A stretch of 64,000 bases of DNA from contig JBHGNT010000015.1 in NCBI GenBank assembly GCA_043228905.1, forward strand, positions 11,408,001-11,472,000, read 5' to 3'. The stretch is from Azolla caroliniana (Eukaryota > Plantae > Polypodiophyta). The stretch's first letter is position 1. Every line of letters begins with the position of its first letter. Below, one piece after another: positions 14,098 through 25,856 of the stretch. Made by a program: the position numbers and the translations under genes. A model generated the notes under the pieces. The model was not told the DNA's origin and ran no database searches. It was given only the letters and a program-made list of their open reading frames with translations.

Positions 14098-14561
14098 TGT
14101 TAAGACTCTATACTAATCAATAGACTAAAATAAATTAAAATAAGGTAAATATATTAGATAGAAGAACCCGTACCCAACCACCCCCAGAGTTATGATCAAG
14201 ACATAGCCAACCTACCACCAACGTCCCATACCGCCGGATATTAGGATGACTAATACATTGGAAGAGTTTCACACGATTGTTGTGATGAGAGCCTAGCCCG
14301 CACCACCAATCTCTAAGACAATGGCCTTCCGATGTAATCCTTTATGAGGGTAGCTAAGCCTCATATTTACACCTCTTCCTAGGCCCCTTGAATAGATGTG
14401 CATGCACCAAATCATTCATTGGTTGTCCAAATCATAATAATGCATGCACCTATCATTCCTTCTATCCAATCACATTAGTCCCTTTTCTAACATTAGTGAA
14501 CATACCCCTCACTTACATAAATATTAGTGACCTCCCTCACCTACATTAGGTGTACATAACA
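14098..14561 (-). repeat. Chromovirus 5' LTR with adjacent tRNA-Met PBS (14085-14096)
   Basis: Minus strand TGTTATGTACA...CTTAACA followed by TGGTATCAAAGC. Confidence 0.88.
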
Positions 14562-14769
14562 CTTTTACATTGAGACCACGAGCCACATCCACATCGAAAC
14601 CCTTTGACCTCCCACTTCTTTTCAAGAGACTCAAATCGAAATGAAACTAGGCCTAACACATAGTTAGTTCCTTTGTAGAATATGCTACACCATAACATCT
14701 TTTTGCAATACTAGACCTCTTTTATCAATGTTCATTTTATTTTTATTTTCGTCGTTTTAGTACACATCT

Positions 14770-17700
14770 TGTGAAGAGTTACATGCGGAATCTCTTAGAC
14801 ACAACCGGCTCAGCCAGATAGCAACAGAAATAGAACGACGGTTTAATGGAAAGCATCGAAATACATAGAGAATATGCGAGAGAGACAGACAGACAAATAG
14901 AGAAACCAGAACACAACGTCTATTTCAAAATAATAATCCACAATACTCTATAAAACTCTATACATACAAATGTGCTAGATAGCACTTCTTGCACAAGTCC
15001 TTAAAAGGACTGACAAGTACTTCAATGCTCGTACTGAGCGATAGACACTAACTCCCAAAAATATGCCTATCTACTAGGCTAGGGTCACATGCCTCTAACG
15101 GCTTCTTGGTTCGCACGTGAGTCCGGCACTCGAATCCGGCTCTCCGATCCGATCCGGGCCTAGCCGATCAGTCTTCATCCTGATTCGGCTTTTGGCTTAT
15201 TCAGCCGATCCGGCCCATGTTGAGCTCACTCGCTCAACACTCCCCCTCAAGCTCAACTTAAGGTTGGTCCACCATGTCAGTCATTGCCGGTCCTTGCCTC
15301 CGGCTTCTCCTGGCATCTTCACGCCTTACTCGCGAACCTCGACCCGTCCGGTCCCGCTTTTCACGACCCATCTAGTTCCATGCTCCTCGACCTTCTCAGC
15401 CGATTTGTCTGCTCATCAAGTCCATCTCATCTCTTTTGTTGTTGTGACTTCGGCGCTTCTTGACCTGTCAGCTCCTTTGTGTCGACGTCGACTTTTGTTG
15501 CCTTCTCATCCGTTTGGCCTTCAACTGATTCGGTTCGTTCGAGTCGAACTGTTCACCTTAATCGGTTGCCTCCGATTCGTTCTCGCTCTTGTCGGAATTG
15601 GCTCTCTCCAATTAGTCTTCATCCTTCAGGCCCTTCACCACATCAGACCATGTCCAGGTCTTGGCCTTCATTTTCCGGTCGGCTCTGTCGTCCTTAACTC
15701 TGCCGTTGTTGCCACCGCTTCTTTAGTCGACTCAACTCTCTTTTTCTCCTTGTCTCTCCCTATTTTGGTTTCGTTCACATTCTCTTTGACTGTGCCTTTA
15801 CCTGTTCTCCTGGTTCCTATTCCAGTTCTCCAGCTCAAGTGTGACACGTCGAGACGTTGTAGCCCAAGCATCTCTGAAAAGTGTTGCAACTTGTTCGATC
15901 TGAGTGGCTTGGTAAAGATGTCAGCAATTTGTTGATTGGTTTGAACATATTGGAGTTCGACTTCACTACTTAGGACCCGCTCATGCATGAAGTGATAATG
16001 CATTTCGATATGCTTTGTGCCAGAATGGAACATGGGGTTCTTGACTAGCTGCATACTACTTATGTTGTCGTAGTAGATTAGGATCGGAGTTAGAACTTTG
16101 ATCCAAAGGTCTTGGAGCAGCCCCCGAAGCCAAATGGTTTCACAAGTGGCGATGGTAGCTCTGCGATACTCAGCTTCGGCGCTCGACAGAACCACTGTCA
16201 GCTACTTCTTGCTGCTCCACGCACCTGCCATGCTACCAAGAGAAAACATAAAGCTGAATATTGACTGATGATCCGACGCATCACTGGTCCAGTCGGCATC
16301 TGTATAACCGACTAACTTTTCGGTTATATCTTATCAGTACAACAGTCCCCGATCCTTAGTGTCGCACATGTATCACAGTCGTCGATGCGCGCATGTATTG
16401 ATTGATCACTCCGACTGGATAGTTGATGTTGGGTCGGGTGATGGTCAAGTATATGTGGCTTCCAACAATTTGTCGGAACAGTTTCTCGTTTCAAGCCATT
16501 CCGGAGTCGGAACGTAGCTTCAAATTCCGGTCAAGGAGTGTTGAGACCGGTCGGCAATCCGTCATGCCAAATTTGAATGGCATATTCAAAACATAATGTC
16601 ATTGAGAAAACAATATGCCATTGGGGGTGTGGATCACTTCGATCTGAGGAAGTAGTGAAGGTCCCCCACGTCCTTCATCTCAAATGCTCCCGATATTTGG
16701 GACTCCACTCAACTAATTTCAGCAAGGTCGGGTTCGGTAATGACTAAGTCGTCGACGTAGAGTAAGAGACACATCAGACCTTTTGGACTGTTATGAACAG
16801 TGAAGAGTCGGACTTGGAGGTAGCAAACCCCATCTTACATAACCGGTGCGTGATCTTCCAGTTCCAAGCACGAGGGGCTTGCTTCAGGCCCCTCAGGTGT
16901 CATAAGAGACACATCAGACCTTTTGGACTGTTATGAACAGTGAAGAGTCGGACTTGGAGGTAGCAAACCCCATCTTACACAACTGGTGCGTGATCTTTCA
17001 GTTCCAAGCACGAGAGGCTTGCTTCAGGCCACTCAGGTGTCGTAAGTTCGGCTTTCGCTTGAAATGCAGCTCACGTGCATTTCAAGAGTATTGCCTATGT
17101 GCATGTTCTCGAGTCCCGACAAGAAGCGAAGGATGCTAGACCCAAAGTCGGAGAGGTGTATTTTAGTTGGATACTCACATGAGCAGAAGGGGTATAAGTG
17201 TTATAACCTCCGAACAAAAGAAGTCCGAGTAAGTTGAGATGTCAAATTCGATGAGTCGGCATCATGGTACTCATTACCGACTCTTGACAACTCCGACCAC
17301 TCGATCACTGACGTTGATCCTAGTGAACCCAACATAATTCAGGATGCAAATTGGCGTGCCGCTATGGAGGAAGAACTGCAAGCACTCGATGCCAACAATA
17401 CTTGGGACTTGGTTGACCCTCCTCGACACTGCAAACCGATCGACTGCAAATAGGTGTATAAGGTAAAATACAACGCGGACGACTCGATCAACCAGTTCAA
17501 GGCCCGATTAGTGGCCAAGGGATATGCACAAACCCACATAATCGATACAATGAGACCTTCGCTTTGGTAGCGAAGATGACGATGGTTCATGTGGGCAGTC
17601 ACAATGGCGAGGGGTTGGCATCTCCACAGAATGGATGTGAAAAATGTGTTGAACTTCAAGGATATCTTGAAGAACAAGTGTATATGATCCAAACCGTTGG

Positions 17701-18160
17701 ATTCCAGTTAGAGATGAACTGGTCGACAGTGTGTCGAATTGGCCAGAAAAGTATTCTTTTCCATCATTCGACCACAGGCACTTCCTCTTCCTCTCCATTT
17801 CCCTTTCGACAAGGCTTGTGCAATGGTCTGGACCTCTTCCTCAATGAAGCACCGGAGATGTGTGAATAAAGCTTGCATTCCTTGGTCGACGATCTAACCG
17901 ACTGACACCAAGTTTTTCATTATTGTCAGGATGTGTAGCATGTTCATGATTTTTCCCTTTTGTCCAACATGGCTGAGGGGAACTTCTTCGACATGTTCAA
18001 TCGAATGTGGAGTGTCGTCTCCAGTTTCGACCACTCCAAGTTGCTTCGGTTTTTCTAGATATGAGAACCACTCTTCATGGCTTGTCTTGTGATTTGATGT
18101 TCCGGAGTCAACATACCACACCTCCTATGATGGTGAGGTGGTCTTCTTCATCGAGTTTGT
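14770..18160 (-). mobile_element. Rearranged Ty1/copia: 3' LTR (14770-15239), PPT (15240-15248), RH/RT (15668-17040), inverted INT-end/RT-start segment (~17047-17740, + strand), protease (17894-18121)
   Basis: SSAEAEY..YYDN..TKHIE..QIADIFTK RNase H; LLYVDDL on minus strand; WRAAMEEEL..NNTWDLV..KARLVAKG on plus strand; WYVDSGTSNH protease. Confidence 0.85.
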
Positions 18161-18374
18161 TGGTAGTGACCGTACCGTCGTGACAAGGAGTGCATGCAAA
18201 CTAGCACAACTATTGGGATTATGTGTGAAGAGTAAGAAAAGAAATAAAGCAATGACGTAAGTGACAATAAGGTGAGTAAGATTAGAGGTGAACAAGAGTA
18301 AAAGAGAAGGAGATGAATGAAGAAGAGAAGAGTGAGTGAGGAAAAAGAAAAGCTTAAGAAAATGTCATTAGAAA

Positions 18375-18426
18375 GACCTTGTGCAAACTAGTTTCGTTCT
18401 AGGTAGAGCTCATCAGTGCCAAGGTC
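18375..18426 (-). ncRNA. Type I hammerhead ribozyme with minimal palindromic stem III (Penelope-type)
   Basis: Minus strand GACCTTG-GCA CTGATGA GCTCTACCTAGAAC GAAA C-TA-GTT TGC-A-CAAGGTC: core CUGAUGA and GAAA, stem I GACCTTGGCA/TGCACAAGGTC, stem II TCTA/TAGA, AAACTAGTTT palindrome. Confidence 0.85.
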
Positions 18427-18463
18427 ATTTACAGCATGAGGGTAGGTTTATATAGTTATGATG

Positions 18464-18496
<33 letters not shown>

Positions 18497-18663
18497 ATAG
18501 GAGTTAGTGAGGGGAGGGAGGGAAAAAGGGGAATAGTGATAGGCATAGGATTGATAAGTAATAAGTGGAGGTGGGTTATAGGTATGTATATGATAAGTGA
18601 TAAGTGGGGGTGGGCTCTAAGGAGAGGGGGATTATAGGGGTGGGATATAAAAAGAATATAGTA

Positions 18664-20475
18664 TTAAGTGAGAGTATTTATGGATTTATATTTAGTCTTT
18701 ACGAGAAGGGAATGAATGCACTTAGACTTAGTCCAACATATGAAGGGTCGCGGTTGTTTGGATAGTTGGGGATCTGTGAGTAAATCTATGTGGAGGTTTT
18801 GTAGCATGTCTTGAATTCCTAATCTAGGGGTATCTTTTCTATACCTAAGTTTGAAGATGACGGGTATAAGGGTACTCTTAGGTTTTCTACTATATACTAG
18901 CGATTTCCTAGCGCTAAATAGGACCTTTTTAGAATTCTCTAATATAAAAGAATGGGGATATCCTCTCTTAACTAATCTACTAAAAAATTGTTTTTTCATT
19001 TGAAGGAAACCTAAGGGGGTACTTTCTCTAATTAGGTATTGTTTTAGTTCGTTAATAATAAAATGATGTTTTAAATGAAGGGGGTGATCTGACGAGAACG
19101 AGAGATACTGATAGGCATTTTGGGGCTTTTGGTAGCAATTAAAGGAGAAATGTGAATTCTTTAGGTTAATCCATAAATCTAAGAATGGTAATCTAAAGGG
19201 GCAAGTGGTGATGGTAATTTTGATGCCATTATTAGTGGAGGTGTTATAGAACTGGAGGTAATTTTCTAATTCGGATCTAGTACTCGTCCATATCCCAAAG
19301 GCATCATATATATATCTAGTGAAATAGAAAAGATTAGGGTGTAAATTACTACCCATGGTTGTACCCTTTGCTTGTTAATAGATCGTGTTATCAAAGAATA
19401 GAAAGTGATATTATAACGTGAGTGCACTAAGTGTATAGATAAGGTTAGTTTTATAAGCTCAAAAATGTGGGGTAATGATTTTTCGTAAGGCTTCAAGTCC
19501 TAACTTAGTGGTTATGCTAGGATATAAAGATTCAACATCAAAGGTAAAGATAAAGCTATTAGGGGGTGGGTTGAGATGTTCTGAAGTTTGGACAAGGGAG
19601 TGTGAGTCTTTCAAGTATTGTTTTTGAAGGAGCGGGATAGACATGAGATGGTGGTGAAGCCATTTTGATGTTTGTTCAAAAAGGGAGTTTTATTATATGA
19701 GAAAATAGGTCTAAAGCTTATTGGGTTCTTATGGAGTTTTGGGAGGAAATAGATATTACAGACTTGGTACCCTTTTGAGGGTTTATGTAGTATGTAGTTG
19801 GCTTCTATGGTGGATAAGGTACCAAGATGGTTATTAACAATATTATTCAATCTATAGGATAACTCCTCAAGTGGATAGTGGGAGACTTTTTTATATGTAT
19901 TAGTATCGGAAAGGTGTTCTATAGCTTTGTTATAGTATGTGTCCATGTCAAGAACACACACTCCAACATTTTTGTTACCGGGCAGGATTATGATTTTGTT
20001 GTTTTTCTTAATAGATTGTAAGGCTAGTGATAAGTGAGGTGCAATCCTAGTCGGTTTTAATTTGAGTGTATGAAGTTTGTTCCTAAAGATAGTTTGGTGT
20101 TTCTCTATAATATATTCTACAGGACTGTACTTAGTAGGACATTGCCAACTAGGGTTAGGTAGCTTAAAGGGATTTTGGGGGGGATTATCCACATCTTTGG
20201 AAAAATGTTCAAGTCGAAGGGTCCTACTTAAGCTATAAAATTCTTTAAGTAGGGTAGGGGATGATGGTGGAAAATGGCAGGATGTGTTTCAAACCAAGGC
20301 TAAGGAGTTGTGTCTCATGTTTAGTGAGAGAATAATAAGAGTGGTTGTGGATCCTACTACTAACTATAGGTTTACTAAGGAGACGAGTCCAAAATTTATT
20401 CTGGGGATTCCTACTATGGGTCTTTTTCACATATGGGGAGAAGGGAAAATTAGATGTATGACATCCGAACCACAT
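18664..20475 (-). pseudogene. Penelope-like reverse transcriptase, frameshifted, no C-terminal GIY-YIG endonuclease
   Basis: SLTKHETQLLSLGLK (PLE N-terminal motif), FLPKLHK..FRPI, FDVESLYPSI, QTKGTTMGS, RYI(Y)D, LPFLDL, YQKP.N.YQYL.F.S.HP, RLVKRGYP; stop follows SLLVKTK. Confidence 0.9.
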
Positions 20476-23400
20476 GAAAGTATCTAAAGTAGAAGTAGGT
20501 CTATCACGAAGGTAAAAGAGACGTTAAGCGGGATGTATGGCGTGCCGAAACTATTTACTATCTCGTTTGGCACGCCTAGCTACACGTTTTTTGTCCTAAC
20601 ATTATTATATGGGAAAGTTTGTTGTTTCGTGGGAAGGGGGCAATTATTGTGAGTGGGGCTAGGTTATTTTTTCTGGGGAATTTGATATACATGCGGGGGA
20701 AATTTAGAGAGTGGGGTAGAATATTGAAATCTAGTAGAAGTGGAAGCGGAGTCATGTGTAAAGAAGGGGGGGTATGCGTAGGAAATGCATGAAAAGGGGA
20801 AGGGGTATTGTTTGGAAATAGGAAAACGGTGTGAGGGTGATTAGGGCGAAATAAGGGCAAATGGGTAGGGGTATTGTTAAAAAATAGGGGAGGGGTATGA
20901 GGGAGGTTTATAGAAAATAAAGGGGGCATGCATCAAATTTGTAGCAAATAAGGATAGGGGAGGAGCTATGTGAGTAGCGTTAAACGCATATGGGAAGTAA
21001 GAGGGTATGTTTGTAATTGTCTGCAAGGGCGGCGTGGGGAGGAGAGGGAGGAGGAGGGTCGTGACATGGCTTCCACGATCTCCTACACAGCTGCCAAGGG
21101 GATACACGGCTTGTCTTCCGTTGTTACGTGTGCCGCTTTCATAAGATGTATGGCCTTCGCATTGGCGGAAGGCCTTGTGTCTTCCGCTATCACCTGAACA
21201 ACCTTTGTAGGCTGTGCGTACCTCCCATTTCGGCACGCCGCATACTGATCATCACAGCTCATGTAACCGCCGTAATAGCGTGACATGCGTCCACCATTGT
21301 CGTACATGTAGTTGTTGTCTAAGTAAGATCTTCGCTCTCTATTGTATCGTTCCAAACCAAATTCTCATGACGTATGTAGGTGATGTATAGGCCACAAGTG
21401 TGGTTCGTCCAAGCCTAAAATATGTTGGGTTCAATTTCATTGGATGTGAGGATGTTGAACAAGTGCTCTCGGTGTGTATGTCGCTTCCCCCGTGCATGAG
21501 GGAACAGAGTGCACTAGATGATTAGTTGGGTTATAGCTAGGATTAAAGAAAGGGCGGTTAGGGTTATAAAGTATGACTCGTGGGCCATAATGGTTTTGAT
21601 GAGGATTTCTACTTACCTGGTTATTTGTTATCTCGCACATGTATTGCGGGAGGTTGTGATGGTTACAAGGTTGAGGATTTCTAATGAAAATAAGAGTGGT
21701 TGTGGATCCTACTACTAGTTATAGGTTTACTAAGGAGACGAGTCCAAATTAAATATTACGGGGTTTCCTATTATGGGTCTTTTTCACATATGGGGAGAAG
21801 GGAAAATTAGATGTATGACATCCGAACCACATGAAAGTATCTAAAGTAGAAGTAGGTCTATCGAGAAGGTAAAAGAGACGTTAAGCGGGATGTATGGCGT
21901 GCCGAAACTATTTACTATCTCGTTTGGCACGCCTAGCTACACGTTTTTTGTCCTAACATTATTCTATAGGAAAGTTTGTTGTTTCCTGGGAAGGGGGCGA
22001 TTAATGTGAGTGGGGCTAGGTTATTTTTTATGGAGAATTTGATATACATGCGGGGGAAATTTAGAGGGTGGGGTAGAATATTGAAATCTAGTAAAAGTGG
22101 AAGGGGAGTCATTTGTAAAGAAGGGGGGGTATGCGTAGGAAATGCATAAAAAGGGGAAGGGGTATTGTTTGGAAATAGGAAATTGGTGTGGGGGTGATTA
22201 CGGGGAAATAAGGGCAAATGGGTAGGGTTATTGTTAAAAAATAGGGGAGGGGTATGAGCGAGGTTTATAGAAAATACAGGGGGCATGCATCAAATTTGTA
22301 GGAAGTAAGGATGGGGGAGGAGAGATGTGAGTAGGGTTAAACGCATATGGGAAGTAAGAGGGTATGTTTGTAATTTTCTGCAAGGGCGGGCTGGGGAGGA
22401 GAGGGAGGAGGGTCGTGCCATGGCTTCTGCGATCTCCTACACAGCTGCCAAGGGGATACACGACCTGTGTTCCGTTGTGACGTTGTCATGAAGATTTTCG
22501 GTAATAGTGTGAAAATCCCATAAAACGTACGAAATCGAGTATGAATCACAGAATACAATAATTGTGAAGATAACATTTTAAATAAATTTAATATCTAAGT
22601 ACAAAATGATCGAGGTTTCGAATGCACTTTATTACACGAGAAACGGACAACTAAATGTCAAGATATGAGGGTATAAAGTTTGTGAAAGGAAAAGAGAAAA
22701 TTGTGAGATATCCCACATAGGCACGACAAATACGGCTGTCATCATATATAAGGGAGAGCAAAAGATATTATCTTTGTGTCTATTTGTGGAGCATAGAGAG
22801 TTCAGGGTAAGAGTGGAGGTGGGCTAACTTGAACTAAGAGTGGAGGTGGGCTAGCTACTCGTAAAGGGTTTTGGCCAACCAAAACCGGACCGACGATGGA
22901 GCCGGTGGCAACCGGCGATGGCATCCGGCGAGGCACCGGTAACCGACGGCATCCGACGAACCGGCGTCCGGCGACTAGATAAATAAATATATGTATATAT
23001 ATACATATATAAGGAGGGCAAGTAAGGATTCGAACCTTGCACCTCGAAGTTAGGAGTCAATTGGCTTTCCATTAAGCCATGGCATTTAGTTGAATTTATA
23101 TTTCTATCATTGTGCTTTTACATGTAAATTCTCATACATGAGAGCTAAAATGAGTGACATGGTTATCATGCACCATATGTAATACATAAGCGCCAAATGG
23201 CAAACATGCAATTTATGCATGTCTTGTACCCTCACATGCATCATATGCGTGAGAGCATCTATAAAAGAAGGAAGGTGGGGGAGAAAAAACACGTTTTTTT
23301 TTATTATGAAATTAAGAAGAAGAAATTTGTTATCAAATTGATCGTGTAACTTGTTTCTTAAATCCAAAGATAAAAGTTCAATCAATCGCTCTCAATCGTT

Positions 23401-23556
23401 TAATCTCAACTCCTCTCTTTCCCAATCTATCTTAAGTACTTTCTCGCTAAAGCTTGCACCAAAGCTTGTACCGACTTTGAATCCTTCCGGTCCAGAACCC
23501 CGGTGGTTCCGCCTCACGATCAGCGCGTAGTGACGGATCTTCACGACATAATAAAG

Positions 23557-23574
23557 TGGTGAATCCGACGTGAA
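23557..23574 (+). promoter_or_regulatory. Primer binding site complementary to tRNA-Trp
   Basis: TGGTGAATCCGACGTGAA versus TGGTGAACCCGACGTGAA expected from the plant tRNA-Trp 3' end as recalled. Confidence 0.7.
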
Positions 23575-23658
23575 AGAGGCGGTAGGAAGGATCAAGTCGA
23601 GATTAATACTTGGAGATGGCGTCCTCAAGCAACCAAGCGAGAGAGCTCGAAAGGAATT

Positions 23659-25791
23659 ATGCTAATCGTCGAGCAAATGATGAGATATCGGGACAACGAT
23701 GCGAGCGTGGAGAAGGCTGTCGATCGTGTCGTAGAGCTCGAGGGCCAATTCGATGGAAGGAACGTTACGAAGTTCCTTGATGCATATAGAAGGGAGATGA
23801 ATCAGAGGGACGTGTCCGAGGCACGTCAAATCGCAAGCTTCAAGAGAGTTGTCGCCAACAACATCCAAAGACGCGTCATCGAGCTTCAAGAAGGTAAGAC
23901 AACATGGTCCGAGTTCGAGAAAACGATACTAGCGGAGTTCGTGACTAAAGACTCAATGAGGATGACTCGACATGCCCTGATGAAGTGGATAGAGAAGAAG
24001 AATAAGAAGATGAGCGTCTCGAGGGTGTACGACGAATTCGACCAGATGTTTAGTCGTCTCCCCAACACGGACCAAGTGTTGCTTGAAGAGGACAAGACTT
24101 TGTACTTCTTGAAGGCCGTGGACATAAAGGATAGACGGGAGTTGGGGACTCTTCTCGAAGATGATACCCAAGCAAATGGGCTCGTAGCGGACTAGATCGC
24201 GGTGAAGCGGGCATGCAATAGGCTTGACAAGTGTCGCCAATGGGTTGATGACACCGACTTGACGGGATCGACTACCACGGAGAAAGCAAGACCGCCGAAA
24301 GTAGCTGAGCCGCCAAGACAAAGTAACGTGGAAGAAAAGAAGATTGATGATGACATCATTGAAGAGCTAGCGAAGAAGTTCGAGAAGGTCACGCTAGCCA
24401 ACATGAATCGTCGGGGCCCTAAAGGAAAAGAACCCTTTAGATGCGTGTGGTGCGATAGCATGGACCACATGAGAAGGGATTGTGCGAGCCTTCAAGAGGC
24501 GATTCGACAAAATATCTACTCAAGCGAGACTAGAAGACCCCTACGAGTGAATTTCGGAAGAGGAGGAATGAAGAAATCTATGGAGGATGCTGATGCGACT
24601 CATATGGATGCGATGCACTATGCTGCGTCGGCCGGAATAAGAGTCGGGAAAGACAAGACTAAAGCTACTAAAGCGGGAGCAAAGTTTTGGACTTCCGTTC
24701 TCGAATATGAGAAGAAGGGAAAAGTCACATCGAACGAGGTAGAGCTTGCGGACTGAAGCGTGCAAAGCATAACCGGGTGGTCGGATCCGGTGGACAACAA
24801 CACCATACTCGCAGAGGTGATGTGCGACAACCACGAGGTGTTCGTCGAAGAAAAGAGAAAGAGAATAGAAGAGCAAGGCCCATCAAAAAGACATGAAACA
24901 AGGAACACGTAAAAGAAGGACGATGCGGAGACGAGTCGACCTTTACAAACGGAGGAACGAGAATCAAGCCGAAAAGGGGAGCCGAGCATACGAGTTGAAG
25001 AAACGGTTCGGCCCGTGAAGGTTGGTGTCGAAGACCCCGCTCGGAGGACAAGGACTATACCTACCTATAAGCTAAGGTCGGACATAGAGTAGACGACGGA
25101 CCTAAAGAAGATTCTCGAAGAACGAGTTCTTGATAGCCACGTAACTTTGTCCTTGAGGGAATTGCTTGGCATTACGAAGAAGGAGTTCCATGACACGATC
25201 GTGGACCTTGTAAAGAGAAAGAGACAACAATCGGACGAGGAAGAAGAGAAGCCGCAAAAAGCAAAAACGAATGCCATAACGATGGCAAGAGACGAAATCG
25301 ATGAAGATATGGTGGACAGCCACTACAGTCGACCTCATTGGGCACGAGCGACAACGGAGACACCGGTGAAGATCGGGGAGAAGAAAGAGACCGTCGTAGC
25401 CTTGATCGACCACGGCTCGGAGATCAACCTCATGTCAACCGACTTCTACAAAAAGGGAAGATGGCCAATCAATACAAACCACGGATGGAAGATTCGCGCG
25501 GCAACAAAGTCTACGGAGGACTTGTACGGAGCTTGTCCCAATGTCAAAGTCACGATCGGGGATGTGGAGATGGATCAACACTTCTTCGTACAAGAATCGG
25601 CGTCGCATCCTGTCATCCTAGGGCAACCTTATATCACATCATCTCGGATGGAGACCAAAGTGTTCGATAATGGAGAAGCCTTTGCACGAATAAAGAGTCT
25701 TGACAACCAAAGATCGGTCCAATTCCTAACGGTGCGAGCCAATCATGAAAGGAATCGAGATAGTCTCGGAGGCGAATCCTCGGATTTTTAG
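23659..25791 (+). pseudogene. Gypsy gag (CVWCDSMDHMRRDC knuckle) and aspartic protease (ALIDHGSEINLM), in-frame stops
   Basis: ORFs 23659-24195, 24202-24756, 25147-25791. Confidence 0.85.
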
Positions 25792-25856
25792 AGCGGACTA
25801 TTGAAGTATGGGGCACAAATAGTCCGAGCAATCACAAGACCCCACAAGAAAGAAGA

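Larger units (their letters stand above)
5843..14561 (-). mobile_element. 5' half of a Ty3/gypsy chromovirus (LTR-PBS-leader-gag-PR-start of RT), 3'-truncated, with a copia inserted in its leader
   Basis: LTR 14098-14561 matches the LTRs at 48210-48680 and 51756-52227; PBS at 14085-14096; RT start nearly identical to the 45350 ORF. Confidence 0.8.

Noticed and set aside
15117-15935. 272-aa plus-strand hydrophobic ORF
   Set aside because: Antisense shadow of the copia RNase H, 3' region and LTR
20534-20584. Hairpin with CGAAAC in array units as a further hammerhead
   Set aside because: No CUGANGA core at the right position on either strand
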